The position numbers and the translations under genes were made by a program. DNA of 64,000 bases from Oikopleura dioica (lineage: Eukaryota > Animalia > Chordata): assembly GCA_907165135.1 (NCBI GenBank), contig OU015568.1:12276001-12340000 (forward strand), written 5' to 3'. Shown in pieces: positions 35,563 to 48,716 of this stretch (its first letter is position 1; every line of letters starts with the position of its first letter). The notes below the pieces were generated by a model, which saw only the letters and a list, made by a program, of their open reading frames with translations, did no database searches and was not told the origin of the DNA.

Positions 35563-37140
35563 TTATACTGTACAAGGATCAAAGACCTCTCTCAGATAAG
35601 ATAAAGGTACCATCCCAACATCATTGTGTTCATCTCTCACCATCATCCAACCATCGTCCGTTCCATCGCTAGGCTCTTCTGTCAGTTTATCGTTTTCGTG
35701 TATTGCTAGGGCGTTGTCAACTTCAAAGCCTTCCGCGTCCTGGCCATTATAGTTATACAACGCTATTATTTGAGATTTCATAGTGACGTTTTAAATAATA
35801 ACCGATTTTATTGTGAATTCCCGTTCCTACAAATTTTCGCAAACATCGATTTGGAGGAGGCGGGGGAGGTGGTTGAGAAGCCGTGAGTTTTACGGAATTT
35901 CCTCGCGTCAAAAATGATGGACGAGGAGAAGTGTCGATTAGTTCGTACGTAGAAAGACCGAAATCTAATGAGCTCGAGGAAATCTTCTTCGGTTCAGCAT
36001 AAGTTTCATCTCCAAGAGTCATTCTTCTTCCGGGTATTGCAGTTCCGTTTTGTTCCCCAGAGCCAAATCCAGAATCGGGGACTTCTGATTTACTTCCTAT
36101 GAATTTTTTATCAAAAAAAAACAAAGCTTTTAAACAAACAAACCTGAGCTATTCGTTTCAGCAGGCAATTCTAGCTCCGGAAAATCAGAATTGGAAGCGA
36201 CAGAGGAGAAGGTCCGAAAGATTCTTTGTAAATCTTCTTCGGCATCTGCCGCAGGCGTTTTTTCCATACTTGTGAATTGAAAAGTCTGATTTGTAGCACA
36301 CCTGCATTCTTCGATCGCAATTATCTACTCAAATACGACTTTCTATAAATAAAGAATGACAAACCTGTTTCCTATACACTTCCTCGGCCTTTTCGCAAAG
36401 CTTCGGTAGAAAATCGCCGAAGATGTGTTTCCTGTTGTCGTTGTAAATGTACACTTGCTTGGTGTATTCTTCACGGCAGATGAGTTCTTTAGCTCGAGCT
36501 TTTTGGCGATCGTGGGTCGAGCTTTTGAAGAATGAGCTTTTTCTGGCTTTTAAATTAAATAGGGCTTTTTTGAAATCAAGGAAGAGATTAAAAAGTTAAC
36601 AGCCATTTTCCTTTTCTTTTTCGCATTCTGAAGGTCAGTTATTCTTTTCTTCTCCGCAACTGCTTCATCTAAATTTTTCTCCAGTTTTCTCGCTTCTTTC
36701 AATTTCAGCTTCAAATCGCTCGTTTTGTCTTCATAACCAACTTTCAATTTCCGAATATCATCCGCGTTCATGGCTTGTTTCCCTTTCAGCGCTCCAATCG
36801 CGGAATTCATCATTTCAAACGAGTTCTTTGCCGCGGTACTTTCAGATTTTAGAATGGCGAAAATGCTGTTAAAACTTTTGTGGGGCTGGAGATTTGCGTT
36901 CGCTTCGGCTTCGCTTTCCTTTATTGACCTGAAATCTCAATGATTTTCAGGAGGGAAAAATTTCTACCCAAAGTATTTCTTTTCATGCTGCTCTGCAACA
37001 CCTTGTAATCGTACTGAATACGCCTGTTGTGTCTGTGCCACGGCCAACCAAGTATCAATCATCGCCTGGGACCGTTTCTGATTCGTTTCCAAGTGTTCCA
37101 AAAGCTTCGTAAAACTCTCACCAAGGACGTTCCAACTCAT
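35563..37140 (-). CDS. F-BAR (FCH) + SH3 protein, FNBP1/CIP4/Toca-like
   Basis: MSWNVLGESFTKLLEHL...AYSVRLQGVAEQH (FCH start); EEYTKQVYIYNDNRKHIFGDFLPKL (F-BAR end); poly-Pro; SH3 ALYNYNG...DGWMMV...GMVPLSYL. Confidence 0.75.
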
Positions 37141-38280
37141 CTCGTAGTAATTATTTCTCTTTCGAACCTTCCGTGGCTTCGGAAAAAGCGAAGGTCGACG
37201 GCGTAAACTTCAAAAAGTTATTATTTAAAGTGCGACAATTTTTCAAAAAGAGAGAGATCTTGAATTTGTGGTAAAGGGGAGGTCATTTGTTTGAGTTTTT
37301 TACGACTATTGTTTACATGCAGCGAGTTGGGGGTCAGTTAGGCCCGGTAAGAGCGGGTTTTTTTACTGATAGGAAAGATATTTCGGGTGTGTTTATTGTG
37401 CATGGTGTACCGTGCACGCTACAGAAGATTTCTAAGTAATCAAATATAACGACGATTTAGATTCATTTTCCTACAAATCATATCACAGCGGCCAATTTAG
37501 GAAGAATTCTCCTAACCTGGTACTCATGCTTCAAAAATTTCTCTTGAAGTAAGAAAAAAACTTCTTGTCTGACCGCTCACGCGACAAATATCCAATTACC
37601 AAAAAAGAGCGAAAAGAGAAAGGAATTTTGTATGAAAAGATGCCTCAACAAAAAATAAGGAATCCAGCGCATCTCCTGTTAAATAAAAATTCTCAACTTT
37701 TTGTGCGGCTAAAATAATAATGGGATAATCCAGGCGAAACTTCCGTTCACGAGTTATTTCAGTAGAAGCTCACCTGTTTTCTTGTGGTTTATGATTTCTT
37801 TAAAATATGTCTCTCAAAATTTCTTGGGGAAAATTTTGATCGTTATTTTACGCGGCCAGAAATTCTGCGAAGATTAAATATTTGGTGCGAAGACTGCGCC
37901 TTTAATTGCTTTAGAATTCGGACACTCGTATTTTATTATTCTCGTGGTTCGTTTCATTCATACTCATATGATACATTTTCAATAGAAAACAGGATTTCTG
38001 CATCGAGGTGGGAGCAAAATCGACTTTTAAAAAAATTTATTGATAATTTACTCGATTTCTCAATTTTTTTTCGTAAATAAGAATAAAATCAGAATGACGG
38101 GGCAGCAGACAAAATGAACGTCAGATAATGATCCCAATTGCCATTCAATTTCGTCGAGTCAATCATTACTGCAAATTGCATTATGTGCTTTAATCAAGTC
38201 GGCATCTAAAAAAACAAAAAGATGTGACATCTTAGATGTCACATCTCGTGATATCAACTTACCAGAAAACTGCGTTCTCT

Positions 38281-40457
38281 CTAGTGAAGAGTTAAAGAAT
38301 ATGCTTGGGGAAGAAGATGCCACTTTTCTGTTTCCATATTGAATTGCTCATTTGCTAAAGTAATAAACTCGTTGTTGTCACCATAATAGACATAATTGTT
38401 GTAACAGTTGTAGCATTCATTCATCATTGAGCAAGAAGCGTAGTAAGGTCGGTCGAGAGGAATTCTGATTTGCGAGCCAGAATGGTCGATGAGGGTGTTT
38501 TGGAGGATGAATTCGCAGTTTACGACTCGGTCGAGCACCATTTGATGGAAAATTATTGATCCGTCTGGATTTTGGTAGGCGCCTGTCACGGTCAGAGGTC
38601 GGGTGAAAGTGAAGTTTTGGTGGAGTAGTACTTAAATTGTTAACAAAAAGGATTATGAAATGATAAGGGTACCCCCTTTCGTCACACCTTTTACGAAATT
38701 GAAATCGCCATGAACCACGTCAGACATGTTCATGATAGATTCCCAACCACTTTCACTCAAATAAGTTTCAAATTTTAGTCTTTTGAGAAGCAACTCAATT
38801 TCGTTTTCTTGAAATTCCTGCTCTTCGAATTTCGGATTAAGATTAAATCCAGCCAAACTCCGCGGATAAATAACCATTGTCAAAATAATGAAAATTTTTT
38901 CAAGAGTAAAACATCTTTCCATTTCTAATTCATCAGCTTTCAAATCATTCTTGATGGCCCATCTCAAAAGAACTGCGACTGAGATGGGGACACAGAGATT
39001 GGTTTCTTTTTGGTTTAAAACATTTTTCGTCAGATTTTTAAAATCGACATTGATTTGTCTTGTGAGTATTTGTTTAAGATTAGCCATTGCTGAAGATTTA
39101 GTCAGATTTGGATCGTCAAAGGAAAGCTGACGAGACGTGTTTTTTAAGGAAATAACTTTTGACATGTTGCGAATTTCGTAGACTGATGGAGAGTAGTATG
39201 AAAGCCACTCAGCACAACAAGCCTACCAGACATTTTTCTTATTGAGGGCTTGAAAATAGACTCACCTCCAATTCCTTTTTGACTATTTCTTTTTCGTGCT
39301 TTTCTATAGGATTGAATAGAAGAGCCCACGCTGTTTTCCATTCGCAAAGTACGAAAACATGTGTTGGTGATCCGGACGGAAGGGCGTTGTTAATAAGTTG
39401 AAGGTTTCCCGAAAAAGCAGCAGTTCCTGCGTCTTATCAGCACAGTGTTATAATTTCAACAAATCTTGAAAACTTACATAAAAATTGATAATCTCTATAT
39501 TTGCTCCCTCTCCTTGCATAACCCATTTCACGATAGCTCCTTCTTCCTGTTTTCTCTTCAATAATACCAAAGTCAATCACTTTGGCTACTCCTTTGTCTA
39601 ATAAAATATTTTCCGGCTTCTGATCGTGATGTAAGATTCCAATTTTCTCCAGATATTGTTGTCCTCTTATAACTCCTATCGCTATGTTCTTCCTTTCTTC
39701 CAAATTTAAATTTTCTTTTGCCAATTTTCTTCTCAAGTCGGAGTCACAACTTTCCATAATTGTTATCCATCCTATGCAGTCTTCTCTCTCCTTGTCATTT
39801 TTTAAGAAGATCTCGATGTTGACGAAATTTTTAATTACATTTCGATGAAATGGAATAACGTCTGCGTCGTCGGTTGTCATGTCTTTTGCAATTTTATAAT
39901 CTAAAAATCAGCCTCTACCGAATCATAAAGATATTACCTTTCGAAAGATGAATATCGAATTCAACCTCTTCGTCCTTCGTAAACAGCGCCGAATCGAAAG
40001 CTTGCACCCGAACAGCAACTTCCAAGCCTCCATCTGAGTTTCTCCATTTTTCCATTTGAAATTTTTCTTTAAGAACAATTGCCTCTCCTCCAGCAGAGAT
40101 AATATTCTGTTGCAGAGATTTATCGAGGATCCATTCTCCAGTTTCTTCTTTTAATTCTGATCGTTGAATTCTGCGTCCTTTCAACTGTGGATTTTTCTCT
40201 AAGATACAATTTTGAAAAAATGTAGTTTTCCATTCTTCTTTGTGCCATCCATTATCAATTTTTCCTGTATTTTCTCCAAAACTAACCTCCTTCCATTCAG
40301 CACAACCATCATCTTTAAATTCGCTTCTCTCCACCGACAAAATTAATCGGTCCAAATCATCTCTGCTCGTCGTTCTTTTTAATTTCTTTTCAAAATCTTG
40401 TAGCCATTTCTCAACAGCTTCTTTTGTCAAGTCTCTTGGATACGCTGTCACTTGCAT
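38281..40457 (-). CDS. Protein kinase-like domain fused to a C-terminal papain-like cysteine peptidase domain
   Basis: Five open segments are joined in frame by four short GT-AG introns. Kinase motifs: SAGGEAIV, VAVRV, HHDQKPENILL, DFG, YAGTAAF. Then NQKETNLCVPIS, FHQMVL and FILQNT. Upstream exons are possible. Confidence 0.8.
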
Positions 40458-40922
40458 TTCATGAGATAAATACTTTGCTGAGTGACAGTATTTCTAATCT
40501 TTGCACAACGAACTTGTTTCTATTGTAAAACGCACCTCAATTGCAATCATTCGTTTGTTTTCTGACGTCATATGGCTGGTTATGCCCGTTTTCTCAAACA
40601 ATTCTCCCGTTCTCATTTCCAAGCCCAGGTAATTTTTTTGAAAATAGGTGTACGCGTACGTATCTTTCTATTACAAAAAATTATTCTATCAAAGCTAAGA
40701 TGACTCCTCATTGATTTCATCTTTGTTAGCCGCAACAAAATTAAACTGCTATAAATATTTTGCTCTTTTATGAAATTATCAACTGCCAGTATTGCAGAAT
40801 TGGCAACTCTTAGTGATTCTCTAGAATAAAAAGTAGCGTACGAATCAATATTAAAATAAAGCTCATGTTTGAGTTTTGTCAGAGACCGAAACAGAGCTTT
40901 TTTCTGAATCCAGATGAGAATA

Positions 40923-41580
40923 CCTTTTGGGATATGGACATGGAAAGACCTGTCTATCTTCCACTCCTTCTTTTTCAAGTTGGGATCGGGCTTGTTCATG
41001 TAATATTCTTCATTTGGTTCTGGTATACGCACATTTACAAGGTATTTTGAGGAAAATCTACGTTCATTATATGTAAATTTTAGAAAAATACAGAGAAGAA
41101 AGTCCTTGGCGAGTCTCTCGGAGCAGTACCGCCAAAAAAATCGTCAAAACTAGGACAAAAAGAAGCCGAAAAATCGCGAACGTCGAAAGAAGATGTCCGA
41201 ATAAAAATTGATACAGACTCTGAAGAGCTTTCAGGGATTCCGCCAGCGCCATCAGCTGCTCAAATTCGTCAGCGGATTTTGAAGAAACAAGCGAAGAAAA
41301 TGGTTAGCAAAAATCTTAAAGCAAACATTATCAATAATTTAGCGGAGAGCGATGCGAGAGGCAAGAAAAAGGGCGAAGTACGAAAAACTGAAAGAAGCTC
41401 AAGATCAATATGGCACTTTCTCTGACACGTAACAATAAATTTATTATCTGCTTCTCTTTTTCAAGTTTTCTTGCTTTATTTTTCAATAAAAATTGCTTTT
41501 TTACCAGCCCGAGGATATTTATCATATTTTGAGCAGCAGACAGCAAAGAAAGAAGGTAGGATAATGATCCCAATTATGAT
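40923..41580 (+). CDS. Hypothetical single-pass membrane protein with a Lys-rich tail
   Basis: PVYLPLLLFQVGIGLVHVIFFIWFWY TM exon joins in frame via GT-AG to KNTEKKVLGE... and to further charged exons; the ends are uncertain. Confidence 0.5.
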
Positions 41581-41715
41581 TCAATTTTCGTCAAGTCGAT
41601 GGCGATTGAATTATTCGGCGAATAATTTTCTCTTGTCCTTGGAGCCTCTCCTGTCCTCGTCCTTTTTTTTCTTCCCGAGTTGATGAGAGATCCACCGCCG
41701 TGAAGAAGTTGGGAA

Positions 41716-44700
41716 ATGGATAAGATTAGCGTTGATCTGAGCGGATTATCCGCCGAGGAAATACTCAAGATCAACTCGGTCCTGGAGAGGAATGAGAAAG
41801 TCCGGCGACAGGAGAGCCAAAGATGCAGACAGATTAAATTTGCGACTTTTGCAAATAAGAGGGACTTTCAAAGGATTAGCAGGTTTTCTTCATGATTGCA
41901 TAAGAGGATTTTTTTGAGCTTCAAACGATAATTAATTTTAAAATACAACTTTTGGGAATGGAAATAACTCTATTTCGAATCAGAAATACCGTTATTTTTT
42001 CATTACAGTTGGATTTTAAGGGCGACTGGAGACTGGTTCAGCACGTTGAAAAAATCACGTGAAAGCGACAATTCCATCGGCGGCTCTAAATCGAGTTTGT
42101 GGAGCGGCGGTCTGGCCTCATCGATTCCGAATCCCTTGTATCACAATTCGCTGAACAAAGCCAACTCGACAGTCCCAGATAATTATCCAGTTCCAACGCC
42201 GAGAGCGAGTCCCCGGCAAAATCCACCTTCAGCGGAGTTGAATTCTCCTGGCGCCTCTATTATCGGAAGAATTCGGGAACTGGAGGTCAAGAGAAAGGGT
42301 AATTTCAAAAAAGAAGATCAGAAGAGAAATCAACGAACAAACCTAGCGTCAGAGAGGCCAAAATCTGAGCCGTACAAGGAATGATTTCAATAATATCAGA
42401 ATTTTTTTTCTGAAAGACGGAAAAACCGGGACTTTCGATTGCAACCCAGGATAAATAAAAATTTGTGAGTTCTAATGAATATTGAAATCGAACAAGCTGA
42501 ATGGTTATTCAAAGGCTGAGTTAGTAATAAATTGATTAAATAAATAATTCTTGCCACGATTAACTGTAACGTTGCCCAAAGCTTTCGATTAAAAATCATC
42601 ATCAACTCTCGTCACAGTTGAGCTCTTCTGAATCAACAAGGCCGTCTTCAAACAACACAAAAATCGTCAGTGACAATTCTGATCAGGAGAGGGGTTTCTA
42701 CCTTCAGATAAATAAATCTGCGGAATACAGAAATAGATAGCCCGATTTTAAGCGGCGACGATCTGTACACTTCAACTCGGACGACAGCGGAATGCCGCAA
42801 GAGTACACCGATACGCCCCTGGAGACCCCCTCTGGTAAGCTAGAGATTATTTTTCTTATTTAAAATGAATGCTGCTACCCGCAGGAGTAAACATTTTTAA
42901 GACAGAGGACTGCTCCAGGCTCAATCAGATCTCGGCGAAATCATTACAGGATAACGGTGATTTTTCCATTTTGGAAGTTAATTTCGACAAAAAGTGAAGT
43001 TAATTGCCGATTTTGGTGATCCTTATTGATTATATTACGCGCTTTTCTTCTGCAATAGAGTTTTTGGCAGTTATTGAACAAGTAAATCAACCGTGATTAA
43101 AGAACTCGACGAAAAATTATCACAAGGTAAGCCTTAAATTGTAGCTAAAAATAATTAAAAACTTTGAGATGTCGCGAAAAAATAATTAGTTTCGACTTAT
43201 TGTATATAGAAAATTTGAAATACCTTAAAAAATGTTCTTTCGAGACTTTTTTGTTGACCGTTATTTTTTAGGTCGCCCACTTCCTCCTCCTCGGCCAAGT
43301 TTGGAGCGCAGAACTCCTGAAAATTCGAAATCTCGTCGACCCTCCTCCTCCGTTAAAAGTAGAAAAGCGTCAAGGACGCCGCAGATTGAAGCGTCTCTGA
43401 TCGAAGAAGACCACAGAACTAAACGGCAAACACCACTAGTGAAGGAAAATGACACTCGAGAGGGCAGTTCATCACAATTCGATGAAGGGGAACAACGGCG
43501 TACAGAAGAAGCGACATCAGCAGAACCTGCTTTTGCTCAGTCATGCGTAAGGAACAGTTCTAAGAGAGAGAAGTTTTGGGGGGATTCTTCCTTGATTTCA
43601 GTGCATTCATTAAACCAGTTAAGAATTTTTTGTATAAATATCGCACCTACATGCTCTGTCGAAATAGAGGTTTCTAAGCCTTTATTTCGTAATGGCCCAA
43701 AAGCAGTAAATAATAAATACCGAAGGAATTAAAAACCACCTCACGCACATTTATGGCTCCAAAAGAGAGACATGGAAAGAATAACCCTTCAAAATGATAA
43801 TACTCGAGAACTCGAAATTCAGCAGCGAGAGTCAAAATCAGAATCAGAATTCACAAGACATGGAAATTTACAAAAATGGAACATTGGCGCACTCAGAAAG
43901 TATTTGTTCATTTGGATCTGCGAAAAGTGGGGATGAAGAAGCGCTGGGGCAGATTGCATTTTCGCTGAAATTTGACTTTGAAGATGGAAACAAACTCATT
44001 TTCAATGTTGTCGACTGTGTTGATATTCCTCCAGTTCCGCTCGCTAACCATCCTTATATAAAAGGTATGAACGGTTCAGGTGGCAGATTTTATCCTCTTT
44101 TAGTGTATTTGATGCCAGATAAAGTAAAGAAAAAGACAAAAGTTGCTAGTAATCGTCATCGGGAAGGATCTGAAATTTTCAATTTCTAAAGCTGTTTTGT
44201 ACTCTTCCTTGATTTCAAAGCCAAATCCGTAAAAGCCACCGCTCGCCCGTCTTCAACGCGATGCTAAACTTCCAAGTAGACGTGATGAAAATGTCCTCCA
44301 AATATCTTCAAATTCAATTATGGGACCTCAACCCTCTCGGCCGCAATCAGCTCCTGAGCGGCTTAAACATCGAATTAGAACAATTGGAAAACTACACGCA
44401 GCTCAATTATCACAATCTTCTCAGGCCCGACCTGATTCTGCCAAAGTCAGGGCTCAGAGTTTATTTATTTATGAGAGAAGTGAATTTTAATTAGCAGCCC
44501 ATTTAAGTCAAGCGCCCTGACATTGTCGTACCGAGGGACTATTCGATTCGCGCTCAGATACAATCCAGATGAAAAGACACTCGAAGCCGTAGCAGTCAGG
44601 TACGCTTATTTACCTTAGCCACTGCGCTTGAAAGACTCCTAGTGGTGAAAATCTGGCTGTTTCCGCGACCTGGCCGTATGTAAAAGTCCACATATTCCCC

Positions 44701-45121
44701 GGCATCCGAGGCAAACAAAAAGGCCCCGCCCAGAATAAACCGTCAGCGCTGAACCCAGAATTCAATCATTTATTCACCTTTAACTCAATGCGAAAGTCAA
44801 TAATGGCCGAGTCTGGCATACACATTAGGTATTATTATTCACGACTGAAAGTTGTCGAGATGAATATTTAAGTTGCTTCAACTCTGAAAGTATACGTGGC
44901 GACCGGCTGATAGGAAACTGTAGGATAGGGCCTCACTGTTGTTTGCCTTTGGAAGAATTGCCGACGGGCCCAAGGCCGGAGAATCTTATTTGGACGCAGA
45001 TTCAAGAAGGTGAGACTCACCCACGTGACTTCTTTGGCCATTTCTAGGTCCGAATAAATGGCATTATATCAACTTGGAAATGAACCTCAACAAATACACC
45101 GATGTTATCCCCAATGGATAA
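41716..45121 (+). CDS. Synaptotagmin-like protein (Slp/SYTL): Rab27-binding SHD plus tandem C2A/C2B
   Basis: VDLSGLSAEEILKINSVLERNEKVRRQE and TGDWF (SHD); GQIAFSLKF...HPYIKVYLMPDK...LQIQLWD (C2A); WPYVKVHIFP...LNPEFNHLFTF...DRLIGNCRIG...W (C2B). Confidence 0.85.
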
Positions 45122-45522
45122 CGCAAGCTTAGAATATTGATATCAAATACTGTATATTGCTTTTTCTCGTTCAAGCTCGATATTTCTGCCCATATTTCAT
45201 TCCGACAAAAATACAACACGATGCCTCTCAAATACAGAAATACTTTTTTGAGCATTCTCGCATTTGGGAAATTTCACGGATAATATACGGCTGATGGAAC
45301 GGTACTTAGGGATGCTCCGGTTGGCATTTGCTCGATTTCAAATCGTCCATCGGTCGCTAGAATAGAATTAGTTCGCTCACGTTTTCGGTAGGCGCGGTAG
45401 ATGAAGATGCAGAATGTTTCTGTTCTATTCATGCTTTGATCAAATATTGAATCTGCTTGATTAAAAACTGCTTCACTCTCATGACTTCATATTCATAATA
45501 GTGAGAAAATTTATTGAAAGTC

Positions 45523-46098
45523 ATGTCAAGCGACAGAGAATCCATTATTGAAAATCCTGAGTTCGAGTTCACTGAAACCAGTAGAAAGACGGTGACCAAT
45601 CTTCAGCTCGAAAATCAGTCGAAGAACGAAAATTCTGAAACCGATCTTTCTGCGAATAATGACATTCAGTTGTTCTTAAAAGGCATAGAATCTGGATGTG
45701 GTACATATAAGTTTGAGTATCTTTATCCAGAACCAAATGAAGAGCATTATTTCGAAAGAAAGAATGCTGCCGGGGCGACAATTTTTTTGCCAAAAGAATT
45801 TCACAAAGAAAGCCATAAGAGGGTCGTTTTCGGAAATTGTTATTTTAAAACATTTATCAAAATCAATAACAATGAAAAGCTCGATGTTGTCCTGGAGATA
45901 CTAACTCCATATAACTTGAAATTAAAGCTCGATGCTACATTTAACGGCTCGTTTAAAATGCGAAATAAAAAAAGAACTGAACGTTACGATGGTAAATCAC
46001 TCAATGTGTTTCACAAGATTATTGAAATACCGGCCGAGTCCGATTTTGGACCTGAAGGATTCTCTGTTACTTGGACTGCGACTACCACGTCTAGATGA
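45523..46098 (+). CDS. Hypothetical protein, ~190 aa, beta-rich C-terminal half
   Basis: Long intronless ORF in AT-rich DNA with protein-like composition; no family recognised. Confidence 0.55.
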   Translation: MSSDRESIIENPEFEFTETSRKTVTNLQLENQSKNENSETDLSANNDIQLFLKGIESGCGTYKFEYLYPEPNEEHYFERKNAAGATIFLPKEFHKESHKRVVFGNCYFKTFIKINNNEKLDVVLEILTPYNLKLKLDATFNGSFKMRNKKRTERYDGKSLNVFHKIIEIPAESDFGPEGFSVTWTATTTSR

Positions 46099-46546
46099 GC
46101 CTGAAATTACGCCTGTTTCCTTTTATTATCAAAGTTCTGTCAATAAACTCCATCTTACAAAAGTTTTCAGAAGCATTATAAAGTATAAAAATCCAGAGGC
46201 AGTTGATTAACTCACGGGGGATTAAAATGTATAATCCATGATGCATTCTGACCGAGTCTATTGATCCTTGAGGGCGATCGATTTTGTCCCATTCAGTCCG
46301 AATCAAGGCTCTCTGTTGCTTTCACAGGGCTCCAGAAAGAGAGTTCTGCCCCTCAATTTGTCCGATACAAAAATGGAAGAGAAAATTGAAGTAAGTTAGA
46401 AACCAGAAATAGCAGTAAATAAAGGGCAAATATAAAAGAGAAATAGAAATTTGCAAAACAAGAAACGTGTTTTAAAATATTGCTAAGGGGATGTACTCGT
46501 CTTTCCTGAACCAAGTTCGGAGTTTTGAAAACAGGATGGGAGAAAT

Positions 46547-47200
46547 TATGGCAGGTTTTACATCGATGTTTGACTCTCCCACTCTCGACCCGTAAGTTCC
46601 AGCAAAAGTGTTAATGTTTTTCCCGTTGTAAGATGAAAATAGTCGGATTAAAAATTAAGTGGTTTCTTCCCGGCTCCTCCAAAAGTTTACATCGACAACG
46701 ACCTTGGACGGCAAACATTTCGTAAGTTGCGATTCCCAGTTTCAACAAATCGCCCGTTTTGTTCCTTTCTCGCCTAATAAAGTGCCAATAATGCCGAGCG
46801 CCGAATTACAAAGTAATCCCTTTTTCAAGTTATCCGCACACAGAAGCCCTTGGTGAGCGAGCCTGTTGAATCTGATTGGATCGATGGAAGGGTAAGCTGT
46901 TTACGATGATAATTGAAAAATAATTATAATGATGATTGAATTAGATTATTTCGTGGATTCCCGGAGATCAGGCGGTATGTTGCTTTATAAGTTGTTATCG
47001 CTCTAACCCTAACCCATAAATTCTGGCAGGTTTTGGGCTGTTCATAAATCAAAAGTTTATTTTTATCCTCATAATTGTCAAAGCTCCGTCTTGAGTTAAA
47101 TGAGTTTCTAGCGGATCAATGGATTTGCACGATTCAACCCAAATTTCATCGATGAATCTGGAACACCCAAATTTGTCTCGATTCCTGAAACGGCTCAGGA
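46547..47200 (+). CDS. Hypothetical multi-exon gene (fragmentary model)
   Basis: A series of short exons bounded by GTAAG/GTATG donors and AG acceptors reads in frame: MAGFTSMFDSPTLDP-GFFPAPPKVYIDNDLGRQTF-KPLVSEPVESDWIDGR-IISWIPGDQA. Confidence 0.4.
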
Positions 47201-48716
47201 GCGGTTTTAATTCAACAAATTAAATATATCTTCCTTGACAACCTGCCAAATTGCTTGTTAGGGGAACACAGTCCCCCATTTGCTAAAAATGTGTATTTGT
47301 CTGTAATCACAAAAGGCAAAACAGAAAAGAAAACCTTGCTCGAAGAAAAGTGTATTATGCGGACCCGATGATGCGTTCAGGCCGGTTGCAATTGAAATAT
47401 TTACTCAAAACAGCTCAATCTCCCGCAATTTCAATTTCATTTCGATATTTTTTCTATTTTCAATCGGAAAAATAAGTTGGTATCAGCTTCCTCTCATTGT
47501 GTACTCCTTCATTGGCATCATTTTCTTGATGATGACCTTTGTGTTGACAGGTGGGATGGGATTTTGTTGATGTAGAAATAGAATGGGGGAATCTTCACGA
47601 TGCGATTCTAGCGCTGCTCGTCCGGCGGAGGAAACTGAAAAGGTTGAGACGCGAACTTGGACCAGGAAAGGTTCTCAAAAAGATATTCAGGGGCTCAGTC
47701 ATGTTTACGTTTTAAAAATAAAACTTATCATACGGGGGTCCCTTAATCCTATCTAAATCTTAACCCAAGCGCTCCAAAATCAAGCCACATTTTCCCCAGT
47801 CACTGCCGAATCAATTTCCGTAACGGTCGAGAACAAAGGTAATCAACGATTGAAGCAAACGTCCATCGCTTTCCTCAAAAATTTAAATCTCAAGTTTGTC
47901 ACTGTAACACAAAATTCTAGCCGCGTTTGATGATGCCGACGCTCCACCTGACTACAGCATGGTGATGGATGCCAAAGGTTTGCCGCCTCATTCGCCGCCG
48001 GCTTACTCGAAAAATGAAGAAAAACGCGAAGAATTTAGGCGCGAGTTTAATTTTTGTTTTCATAAGAATTTGTAATTTATTTCCTAAGTTCACGGAAATG
48101 CCGTATTCACGAAAACATATTATCAAACTCGAAGCTGAGCAGGGGCGAAAAGCCGCCGAATTCGCCGTGCGATTGATTAAATTATTTGTATTTCCAACAA
48201 CGATCTGTTCAAACGTGTTTGAGTTGTGTTGTTATCAGTATCGCCCCTCTTGAGAATTATCCCTTTCCGAAGGAAAAAGCAACATTGTAGTCTTGACTGG
48301 TTAAAAATACATATTTATTGTCAGCTCAATCAATTATGAGAATGATAGTCAACGGCTATTTTAAGATGGCGGACTTATTATCGTGTGTTTTCGATATAAA
48401 TATATTCTGATTTGTGATAGGTTAAAAATGAACAAAATCAAGTATCTTAAAAATATTTATTCGTGAATATAATTGTTAATCTTGTGTACAGCATTCAGGC
48501 GTTTTTTGTCGCCTGAAAAACAATCAGTACAGTTATGGCTTATGTGGGGGCTTGCAATGTGGGGGATTGCAAGTGTTGTCTTGCCCTGTATTGAAAACGG
48601 TAGTCAAAATGAAACCAATTATAAAAAAGGACATAACGCTGGAAACATAGATTGTTATGGCTATGTCAAGACAACATTTCCATCGTTCTAAAAACAAAAA
48701 ACTTGATTAATTAAAG

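Noticed and set aside
40613-41032. Minus-strand ORF sharing PEPNEExY with the 45523-46098 protein
   Set aside because: The plus strand here gives a TM exon that splices in frame to downstream exons, so the minus ORF is probably antisense and the motif match coincidental.
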